From NCBI RefSeq assembly GCF_009914755.1, contig NC_060932.1: DNA of 64,000 nt. One strand, given 5' to 3'. Positions within the stretch are counted from its first letter, which is position 1; each line of letters opens with the position of its first letter. This document shows, one piece after another, positions 27,201-41,100 of the stretch. The position numbers and the translations under genes are program-made. This DNA is from the human T2T-CHM13v2.0 reference genome, Homo sapiens. The notes under the pieces are model-generated. The model was not told the DNA's origin and did not search any database. It worked only from the letters and a program-made list of their open reading frames with translations.

Positions 27201-29394
27201 TTGTAGAATTTGCAAGTGTGTATTTAGAGGGTTTTGAGGCCTATTTTACAAAAGGATATATCTTCACATAAAAACTAGACAGAAGCATTCTCCTAAACTA
27301 CTTTGTGATGTGTGCGTTCAACACACAGAGTTTAACCTTTCTTTTGATGGAGCAGTTTTGAAACACACTTTTTGTAGAATTTCCAAGTGGATATTTAGAG
27401 CTTTTTGAAGTCTATTGTAGAAAAGGAAATATCGTCATAGAAAAACAACATGGAAGCATTCTCAGAAACTGCTTTGTGATGTTTGCATTCAACTCACAGA
27501 ATTGAACATTCCTCCTGATAAAGCAGTTTTGAAACACCCTTTTTGTTGAATCAGTAAGTGGATATTTGGACCTCCTTGAGGCATTCTTTGGAAACGGGAA
27601 TTTCTTCACTTAAAAACTAGGCAGAAGAAATCTCAGAAACTTTTTGTAATGTGTGCATTAAACTCACAGTTGTGAACCTTCCTTTTCATAGAGCAGTTTT
27701 GAAACACTCTTGTAGAATTTCCAAGTGGATGTTTGGTGCGCTTTGAAGCCTATGGTAGAAAAGGAAATATCTTCATAGAAAACTACACAGAAGCATTCTC
27801 ACAAAGTATTTTGTGATGTTTGCATTCAACTCATAGAGTTGAACATTCCTCTTTATAGAGCAGTTTGAAGCACTTTTTTGTAGAATTTGCAAGTGGATGT
27901 TTGATTGCCTTTGATGCCTATGTTGGGAAAGGAATTATCTTCACATAAAAACTAGAAAGAAACATTCTCATAAACTTCTTTGTGATGAGTGCATTCAAAT
28001 CAAGGAGTCGAACCTTCCTTTTGATAGAGCAGTTTTCAATCACTCTTTTGTAGAATCTCCATGTGGATATTTGGAGCGCTTTGAGGCCTTCTTTGGAAAC
28101 GGGAATATCCTCACATAAAAAGTAGACAGAAGTATTCTCAGAAACTACTTTGTGATGTCTGCACTCATCTAACAGAATTGCAACTTCCTTTTGATAGAGC
28201 ACTTTTGAAACACTCTTTCTGTTGAATTTGCAAGTGGACAATCAGAGCGCTTTGAGGCCTATGGTAGCAAAGGTAATATCTTCATAGAAAAACAACTACA
28301 CAGAAGCATTCTCAGAAACTACTTTGTGAAATTTGCATTCGACTCACAGAGTTGAATGCGTCTTTTGATAGAGCAGTTTTGAAACACTGTTTTTGTAGAA
28401 TATGCAAGTGGATATTTGGAACTCTTTGAGGCCTTCGTTGGAAACGGGAATTGCTTCAATTAAAAACTAGACAGAAGAATTTTCAGAAACTACCTTGTGA
28501 TGTCTGCACTCAACGCACAGTGTTCAACCTTCTGAAACACTCTTTTTGTAGAATTTGCAAGTGGATATTTAGAGCGTTTTGGGGCCTATGGTAGAAAAGG
28601 AATTACCTTCACCCAAAAACCACACAGAAGCATTCTGAGAAAATGCTTTGTGATGTTTGCATTCAACTCACAGATTTTAACTTTTCTTTTGATGGCGCAG
28701 TTTTGAAACACTCTTTGTAGAATTTTCAAGTGGATATTTAGATCGTTTTGAGGCGTAAGGTAGGAAAGGAAATATCTTCTTAGAAAAACTACACAGAAGG
28801 ATTCTCAGAAACTACTTTGTGATATTGGCATTTAACTCACAGAGTTGAACATTCCTTTTGATAGAGCAGTTGTGAAACACTTTTTGTAGAATCTGCAAGT
28901 GGATATTGGGACATCTCTGAGGCCTTCATTGGAAACGGGAATTTCTTCATATAAAAACTAGACAGAAGAATTCTCAGAAACTTCTTTGTGATGTGTGCAT
29001 TCAATTCACAGAGTTGAACCTTCCTTTCAATAGAGCAGTTTTGAAACACTCTTCTTGTAGAATTTCCAAGTGGATATTTAGAGCAGTTAGAGGCCTATGG
29101 TACAAAAGGAAATGTCTTCAAATAAAAACAAGACAGAAGCATTCTCAGAAACTTCTTTGTGATGTGTGCATTCAACTCACAGAGTTGAACCTTCGTTTCG
29201 ATAGAGCAGTTTTGAAACACGCTTTTTATCGAATTCCCAGCTGGATATTTAGAGCGCTTTGAGGCCTATGGTAGAAAAGGAAATACCTTCATAGAAAAAC
29301 TACACAGAATCGTTCTCAGAAACTAATTTGTGAGGTTTGCATTCAACTCATAGAGTTGAACGTTCCTTTCATAGAGAAGTTTTGAATCACTTTT

Positions 29395-29409
29395 TTGTTG
29401 TTGTTGTTG
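29395..29409 (+). repeat. (TTG)5 microsatellite expanded from the tttttgtag motif of a monomer
   Basis: ttttttgttgttgttgttgaatc. Confidence 0.75.
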
Positions 29410-30476
29410 AATCTGCAAGTGGATATTTAGACCACGTTGAGGCCTTCATTGGAAACCGGTTTATCTTCACATAAATACCAGACAGAAGCATTCTCAGAAC
29501 CTTCTTTGGGATGTGTGCATTCAACTCACAGAGGTGAAATTTTCTTTTGAAAGAGCAGTCTTGAAACACTATTTTTGTAGAATCTGCAAGTGGATACTTT
29601 ATTCCCTTTGAGGCCTTTGTTGGAAAAGGAATTATCTTCACATAAAAATTAGAAAGAAACATTCTCGTATACTTCTTGGAGATGAGTGCATTCAACTCAC
29701 AGAGTTGAAGATTCCTTTTGATAGAGCAGATTTGAAACACTCTGTTTATAAGTCTGCAAGTGGATATTTGGTTGGCTTTGAGGTCTTCTTTGGAAACGGT
29801 AATATCTTCACCTAAAAAGTAGACAGAGGTATTCTCAGAAACTTCTTGTGATGTCTGCACTCAACCCACAGAGTTCAACGGTCCTTTTGATAGAGAGGAT
29901 TTGAAACACTCTTTGTGTAGAATTTGCAAGAGGATAATTAGAGCGCTTTGAGGCCTATGTTAGAAAACGGAATATCTTCATAGAAAAATTACACAGAAAC
30001 ATTCTCAGAAACTATTTTGGGATGTTTGTATTCAACTCAAGGAGTTATACATATCTTTTGATAGAGCAGATGTGAAACACTCTTTTTGTAGAATTTTCAA
30101 GTGGATATTTAGAGCGCTTTTATGCCTACGGTGGAAAAGGAAATATCTTCATAGAAAAATTACACAGAAGCATTCTCAGAAACTACTTTGGGATGTTTGC
30201 ATTCAACTCACGGAGTTGAACATTCCTTTTTCATAGAGCAGTTTTGTAACACTCTTTTTGCAGAATCTGCAAGTGGATATTTGGACCTCTTTGAGTCCTT
30301 CGTTGGAAACGGGATTTCTTCATATAAAAACTAGACCAAAGAATTCTCAGAAACTTCTTTGTGAAGTGTGCATTCAACTCACAAGGATGAACCTTCCTTT
30401 CAATAGAGCAGTTTTTAAACACTCTTTTTGTAGAATTTCCAAGTGGATATTTAGAGCGCTTTGAAGTCTATGGTAG

Positions 30477-32836
<2,360 letters not shown>

Positions 32837-35800
32837 AAAAACCAGACAGAATCATTCTCAGAAACTCCTTTGTGATGTGTGGGTTCAACTCACAGAGTTT
32901 AACATTTCTTTCGATAGAATAGTTTTGAAGCACTCTGTTTGTAAAGTCTGCAAGTGAATATTTGACGCACTTTGAGGCCTTCTTTGGAAAAGGTAATATC
33001 TTCACATAAAAAGTAGACAGAAGTATTCTCAGAAACTTCTTTGTGATCTCTGCACTCCACTCAGAGATTTGAAACTTCCTTTTGATAGAGCAGTTTTGAA
33101 ACACTATTTTTGTAGGATTTGAAAGTGAATATTTAGAGCGTTTTGGAGCCTATGTTGGAAAAGATAATATATTCATTCAAAAACTACACAGAAGCATTCT
33201 CAGAAACTACTTTGATGTTTGCATTCAACTCACAGAGTTGAACATTCCTTTTGATAGAGCAGTTTTGTAACACTTTCTTTGTAGAATCTGCAAGTGGATA
33301 TTTTGACCTCTCTGAGGCCTTCGTTGGAAACGGGAATTTCTACGTATAAAAACTAGACAGAAGAATTCTCAGAAACTTCTTTGTGATGTGTGCATTCAAT
33401 TCACAGAGTTGAACCTGACTTTCGATAGAGCAGTTCTGAAACACTCTTTCTGTAGAATTTCCAAGTGGATATTCAGAGTGGTTTGAGTCCTATGGTAGAA
33501 AAGGAAATATCTTCATATAAAAATTAGACATTATCATTTTCAGAAACTACTTTGTGATGTGTGCATTCAACTCACAGATTTGAACCTTCCTTTTGATAGA
33601 GCAGTTTTGAAACACTCTTTTTGTAGAATTTGCAAGTGAATATTTAGAGGGCTTTGATGCCTATTGTAGAAAAGGAAATATCTTCATAGAATAACTACAC
33701 AGAAACATTCTCAGAAAGTAATTTGTGATGTTAGCATTCAACTCACAGAGTTGAACCTTCCTTTTGATAGAGCATTTTTTGAAACACTCTCTTTGTAATG
33801 GCTGCAAGTGGATATTTGGAGCAATTTGAGGTCTTCTTTGTAAATGAGAATATCTTCACGTAAAAAGTAGACAGAAGTATTCTGAGAAACTACTTTGTGA
33901 TGTTTGCACTCAACTCACAGTGCTGAAACTTCCTTTTGATAGAGCAGTTTTGAACCACTATTTTTGTAGAATTTCCAAGTGCATAGTTAGAGCGCTTTGA
34001 GGCCTATGGTAGAAAAGGAAATATCTTCATAGAAAAACTACACAGAAGCATTCTCAGAAACTACTTTGTGATGTTTGCATTCAACTCAAAGAGTTGAAGA
34101 TTCCTTTCGATAGGGCAGTTTTGTAACACTCTTTTTGTAGAATCTGCAAGTGGATATTTGGACCTTTTTGGGGACTTCGTTGGAAATGGGATTTCTTCAT
34201 ATAAAAACTATACAGAAGAATTCTCAGAAACTTCTTTGTGATGTGTGCATTCAACTCACAGATTTGAAATTTCCTTTCGATAGAGCAGTATTGAAACACT
34301 CTTTTTGTAGCATTTCCGAGTGGATATTAACAGCGCTTTGAAGCCTGAGTTAGAAAAAAAAATAACTTCATATAAAAACTAGACAGAATCATTCTCAGAA
34401 ACTACTTTGTGATGTGTGCGTTCAACACACGGCATTTAACCTTTCTTTTGATAAAGCAGTATTGCAACATTCTTTTTGTGGAATTTGCAGGTGGATATTT
34501 AGAGCGCTTGGAGTCCTTTGGTAGAATACGAAGTATTTTCATAAAAAAATGGCCAGAAGCATTCTCAGAAACTATTTTGTGATGTTTGTATTCAACACGC
34601 AAGGCTGAACCATCCTTTTGATAGAGGAGTTTTGAAACACTCTTTGTGTGGAATCTGCAAGTGGATATTTTGTTCCCTTTGAAGCCTAAGTTGGAAAAGG
34701 AAATACCTTCACATAAAAACTAGAAAGAAACATTCTCATAAACTTCTTTGTGATGAGTGCATTCAACTCTCGGAGTTGAACCTTCCTTTTGATAGAGCAG
34801 TTTTGAAACACTTTGTAAAGTCTGCAAGTGGATATTTGGAGTGCTTTAAGGCCTTCTTTGGAAATGGGAGTACCTTCACATAAAAAGTAGAGAGAAGTAT
34901 TTTCAGAAACTTCTTTGTGATGTCTGCACTCAAATCACAGATTTGAAACTTCCTTTTGATAGAGCAGTTTTGAAAAACTGCTTTTGTAGATTTTGCAATT
35001 GGATAATTGGAGCGCTTTGAGGCCTATGGTATAAAAGGATATATCATCATAGAAAAACTACACGGAAGTATTCTCAGAAACTTCTTTGTGATGTTTGCAT
35101 TCAACTCACTGTGTTAAACATTCCTTTTTATAGAGCAGTTATGCAACAGTCTGTTTGTAGAATCTGCAAGTGGATATTTGGACCTCTTTGAGGCCTTCGT
35201 TGGAAATGGGAATTTCTTCACTTAAAAACTAGACAGGAGAAATCTCAGAAACTTTTTCTGATGTGTGCATTCAACTCACAGAGTTGAGCCTTCCTTTTGA
35301 TAGAGCAGTTTTTAAACACTCTTTTTTAGAATTTCCAAGTGGATATTTAGAGCGCTTTGAAGCCTATTGTAGAAAAAGAAATATCTTCAGAGAAAAACTA
35401 CACAGAAGCCTTCTCAGAAAATACTTTGTGATGTTTGCATTCAACTCACTGTGTTAAACATTCCTTTTTATAGAGCAGTTATGCAACAGTCTGTTTGTAG
35501 AATCTGCAAGTGGATATTTGGACCTCTTTGAGGCCTTCGTTGGAAATGGGATTTCTTCATATAAAAACTAGACAGAAGAATTATCAGAAACTTCTTTGTG
35601 AAGTGCACATTCAACTCACAGAGATGAAACTTGATTCGATAGAGCAGTTTTGAAACACTCTTTTGGTAGAATTTCCAAGTGGATATTTAGAGCGTTTTGA
35701 AGCCTATGGTACAAAAGGAAATATCTTCATATAAAAACTAGACAGAATTATTCTCAGAAGCTACTTTGTGATGTGTGTGTTCAACTCACAGGGTTTAACC

Positions 35801-37510
35801 TTTCTTTTGATAGAGCAGTTTTGAAACACTCTTTTTGTAGAATTTGCAAGTGTATATTTAGATTGCTTTGAGGCCTATGATAGAAAAGGAAATATCTTCA
35901 CATAAAAACTAGAGAGAAGCATTCTCAGAAACTACTTTGTGAAGTTTCCATTCACCTCACAGACTTGAACGTTCCTTTGATAGAGCAGTTTTGAAACGCC
36001 CTTTTTGTGGAATCTGCAAGTGGATATTTGGACCGCTTTGAGGCCTTCTTTAGAAACGGGTATATGTTCACATAAAAAGCAGAAAGGAGGATTCTCAGAA
36101 ACTTTTTTGTGATGTGTGCATTCAACTCACAGTGTTGAACCTGTCTTTTGATAGAGCAGTTTTGAAACACTCTTTTGGTAAAATCTGCAAGTGGATATGT
36201 GGCTCCCTTTGAGGCCTACTATTGAAAAGGAAATATCTTCACGTAAAAACTAGAAAGTATCATTCCCAGAAACTTCTTTTTGATGTGTGCTTTCAACTCA
36301 CAGAGTTGAAACTTCCTTTTGATAGAGCAGTATTGAAACACTCTTTTTGTAGAATCTGCAAGTGGATATTTGGATCGCTTTGAGGCCTTCTTTGGAAACG
36401 GGTATATCTTCACATAGAAAGTAGACAGAAGTATTCTCAGAAGCTTCTTTGTTATGTCTGCATTCAACTCACAGAGTTGAACCTTCCTATTGATAGAAGA
36501 TTTTTGAAGCACTCTTGTTGTAGAATCTGCAAGTGGATATTTTGACATCTTTGAGGACTTCGTTGGAAACTGGAATTTCTTCACTTACAACCTTGAGAGA
36601 AGAAATCTCAGAAACATTTTGTGATGTGTGCATTCAAATCACAGAGTTTAAACTTCCTTTTGGTAGAGCAGTTTTGAAACACACTTTCTGTAGAAACTGC
36701 AAGTGGAAAATTACAGTGCTTTGAGACCCACGGTAGAAAAGAAAATATGTTCACATAAAAACTACACAGAAGCATTCTCAGAAACTACTTTGTGTTGTTT
36801 GCATTCAACTCACAGAGTTGAACATTCGTTTTGATTGAGCACTTTTGAAACACTCTTTTTGTAGAATCTGCAGGTGGATATTTGGACCTCTTTGAGGCAT
36901 TCATTGGAAACGGGAATTTCTTCACTTAAATGCTAGACAGAAGAAATCTGAGAAAATTTTTTTGATGTCTGCATTCAACTCCCATTGTTGTACATTCCTT
37001 TTGATAGAGCAGTATTGTAAGACTCTTTTTGTAGAATCTGCCAAGTGGATATTTGGACCTCTCTGAGGCCTTCATTGGAAACGGGAATTTCTTCATATAA
37101 AAACTAGACAGAAGAATTCTCAGAAACATCTTTGTGATGTGTGCATTACATTCACAGTATTGAACCTTCTTTCGATAGAGCAGTTTTGAAACTCTCTTTT
37201 TGTAGAATTTACAAGTGGATATTTAGAGCAGTTTGAGGCCTATGGTAGAAAAGGAAATATCTTCATATAAAAACTGGACAGAAATATTCTCAGAAACAAC
37301 TTTGTGAGGTGTGTGTTCAACTCACAGTGTTTAAATTACTTTTGATAGAGCAGTTTTGAAACAATCTTTTTGAACTACTTGCAAATGTATATTTAGAGCG
37401 CTTTGAGGCCTATGTTAGAAAAGGAAACATCTTCACATAAAAACTAGACAGAAACATTCTCAGAAACTACTTTGTGATGTTTGCATTCAACTCACAGAGG
37501 TAAATATTCC
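32837..37510 (+). repeat. Diverged monomeric alpha satellite immediately flanking the HOR array
   Basis: About 27 monomers of inner-layer type. One intact CENP-B box at 33319-33335. Confidence 0.92.
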
Positions 37511-37750
37511 TTTCAATAGAGCAGTTTTGAACCACCCTTTTGTAGAATCTGCAAGTGGATATTTGGATAGCTTTGAGGATTTCATTGGAAACGGGAATGT
37601 CTTCATAGAAAATTTAGACAGAAGCATTCTCAGAACCTTGATTGTGATGTGTGTTCTCCACTAACAGAGTTGAACCTTTCTTTTGACAGAACTGTTTTGA
37701 AACATTCTTTTTATAGAATCTGGAAGTGGATATTTGGAAAGCTTTGAGGA

Positions 37751-37767
37751 TTTCGTTGGAAACGGGA
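37751..37767 (+). promoter_or_regulatory. CENP-B box (representative; typically 5 core-intact boxes per HOR unit)
   Basis: tttcgttggaaacggga matches YTTCGTTGGAARCGGGA. Confidence 0.95.
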
Positions 37768-38092
37768 ATATCTTCAAATAAAATCTAGCCAGAAGCATTC
37801 TAAGAAACATCTTAGGGATGTTTACATTCAAGTCACAGAGTTGAACATTCCCTTTCACAGAGCAGGTTTGAAACAATCTTCTCGTACTATCTGGAAGTGG
37901 ACATTTTGAGCTCCTTGGGGCTTATGCTGAAAAAGGAAATATCTTCCGACAAGAACCAGACAGAAGCATTCGCAGAATCACGTTTGTGATGTGTGCACTC
38001 AACTGTCAGAATTGAACCTTTGTTTGGACAGAGCACTTTTGAAACACTCTTTTTGTAGAATCTGCAGGTGGATATTTGGCTAGCTTTGAGGA

Positions 38093-38109
38093 TTTCGTTG
38101 GAAACGGTA
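38093..38109 (+). promoter_or_regulatory. Degenerate CENP-B box fixed in every HOR unit
   Basis: tttcgttggaaacggTa breaks the CGGG of the NTTCGNNNNANNCGGGN core. The same change is in the orphan copy (about 10380). Confidence 0.85.
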
Positions 38110-41100
38110 ATGTCTTCAAAGAAAATCTAGACAGAAACATCCTCAGAAACACCTTCGTGATGTTTGCAATCAAGTCACAGAGTTGAACCTTCCGTTTCAT
38201 AGAGCAGGTTGGAAACACTCTTTTTGTAGTATCTGGAAGTGGACATCTGGAGCGCTTTCAGGCCTATGGTGAAAAAGGAAATAGCTTCCCATAAAAACGA
38301 CATAGAAGCTATCTCAGGAACTTGTTTATGATGCATCTAATCAACTAACAGTGTTGAACCTTTGTACTGACAGAGCAGTTTGAAACACTCATTTTTTGGA
38401 ATCTGCAAGTGGATATTTGGAGCGCTTTGAGGATTTCGTTGGAAACGGGATGCAATATAAAACGTACACAGCAGCATACTCAGAAAATACTTTGCCATAT
38501 TTCCATTCAAGTCACAGAGTGGAACATTCCCATTCATAAAGCAGGTTTGAAACACTCTTTTTGGAGTATCTGGAAGTGGACATTTGGAGCGCTTTCTGAA
38601 CTATGGTGAAAAAGGAAATATCTTCCAATGAAAACAAGACAGAAGCATTCTGAGAAACTTATTTGCGATATGTGTCCTCAACTAACGGACTTGAACCTTT
38701 CGTTTCATGCAGTACCTCTGGAACACTCTTTTTGAAGATTCTGCATGTGGATATTTGGATAGCTTTGAGGATTTCGTTGGAAACGGGCTTACATATAAAA
38801 ATTAGACAGCAGCATTCTCAGAAACTTCTTTGTGGTGTCTGCATTCAAGTCACAGAATTGAAAATCCCCTCACATAGAGCAGTTGTGCAGCACTCTATCT
38901 GTAGTATCTCGAAGTGGACATTTGGAGGGCTTTGTAGCCTATCTGGAAAAAGGAAATATCTTCCCATGAATGCGAGATAGAAGTAATCTCAGAAACATGT
39001 TTATGCTGTATCTACTCAACTAACTGTGCTGAACATTTCTATTGAAAGAGCAGTTTCGAGACACTCTTCTTTTGGAATCTGCAAGTGGATATTTGGATAG
39101 ATTTGAGGATTTCGTTGGAAACGGGATTATATATAAAAAGTAGACAGCAGCATTCTCAGAAACTTCTTTGTGATGTTTGCATCCAGCTCTCAGAGTTGAA
39201 CATTCCCTTTCATAGAGTAGGTTGGAAACCCTCTTTTTATAGTGTCTGGAAGCGGGCATTTGGAGCGCTTTCAGGCCTATGCTGAAAAAGGAAATGTCTA
39301 CCTATAGAAACTAGACAGAAGCATTCTGAGAATCTCGTTTGTGATGTGGGTACTCAACTAACAGTGTTGATCCATTCTATTGATACAGCAGTTTTGAACC
39401 ACCCTTTTTGTAGAATCTGCAAGTGGATATTTGGATAGCTGTGAGGATTTCGTTGGAAACGGGAATGTCTTCATAGAAAATTTAGACAGAAGCATTCTCA
39501 GAACCTTGATTGTGATGTGTGTTCTCCACTAACAGAGTTGAACCTTTCTTTTGACAGAACTGTTTTGAAACATTCTTTTTATAGAATCTGGAAGTGGATA
39601 TTGGGAAAGCTTTGAGGATTTCGTTGGAAACGGGAATATCTTCAAATCAAATCTAGCCAGAAGCATGCTAAGAAACATCTTAGGGATGTTTACATTCAAG
39701 TCACAGAGTTGAACATTCCCTTTCACAGAGCAGGTTTGAAACAATCTTCTCGTACTATCTGGAAGTGGACATTTTGAGCTCCTTGGGGCCTATGCTGAAA
39801 AAGGAAATATCTTCCAACAAAAACTAGACAGAAGCATTCGCAGAATCACGTTTGTGATGTGTGCACTCAACTGTCAGAATTGAACCTTGGTTTGGACAGA
39901 GCACTTTTGAAACACTCTTTTTGTAGAATCTGCAGGTGGATATTTGGCTAGCTTTGAGGATTTCGTTGGAAACGGTAATGTCTTCAAAGAAAATCTAGAC
40001 AGAAACATCCTCAGAAACACCTTCGTGATGTTTGCAATCAAGTCACAGAGTTGAACCTTCCGTTTCATAGAGCAGGTTGGAAACACTCTTTTTGTAGTAT
40101 CTGGAAGTGGACATCTGGAGCGCTTTCAGGCCTATGGAGAAAAAGGAAATAGCTTCCCATAAAAACGACATAGAAGCTATCTCAGGAACTTGTTTATGAT
40201 GCATCTAATCAACTAACAGTGTTGAACCTTTGTACTGACAGAGCAGTTTGAAACACTCTTTTTTTGGAATCTGCAAGTAGATATTTGGATCGCTTTGAGG
40301 ATTTCGTTGGAAACGGGATGCAATATAAAACGTACAAAGCAGCATACTCAGAAAATACTTTGCCATATTTCCATTCAAGTCACAGAGTGGAACATTCCCA
40401 TTCATAGAGCAGGTTTGAAACACTCTTTTTGGAGTATCTGGAAGTGGACATTTGGAGCGCTTTCTGAACTATGGTGAAAAAGGAAATATCTTCCAATGAA
40501 AACAAGACAGAAGCATTCTGAGAAACTTATTTGTGATGCGTGTCCTCAACTAACGGACTCGAACCTTTCGTTTCATGCAGTACTTCTGGAACACTCTTGT
40601 TGAAGATTCTGCATGCGGATATTTGGATAGCTTTGAGGATTTCGTTGGAAACGGGCTTACATATAAAAATTAGACAGCAGCATTCTCAGAAACTTCTTTG
40701 TGGTGTCTGCACTCAAGTCACAGAATTGAACATCCCCTCACATAGAGCAGTTGTGCAGCACTCTATTTGTAGTATCTCGAAGTGGACATTTGGAGGGCTT
40801 TGTAGCCTATCTATGTAGAAAAAGGAAATATCTTCCCATGAATGCGAGATAGAAGTAATCTCAGAAACATGTTTATGCTGTATCTACTCAACTAACTGTG
40901 CTGAACATTTCTATTGATAGAGCAGTTTTGAGACACTCTTCTTTTGGAATCTGCAAGTGGATATTTGGCTAGATTTGAGGATTTCGTTGGAAACGGGATT
41001 ATATATAAAAAGTAGACAGCAGCATTCTCAGAAACTTCTTTGTGATGTTTGCATCCAGCTCTCAGAGTTGAATATTCCCTTTCATAGAGTAGGTTTGAAA

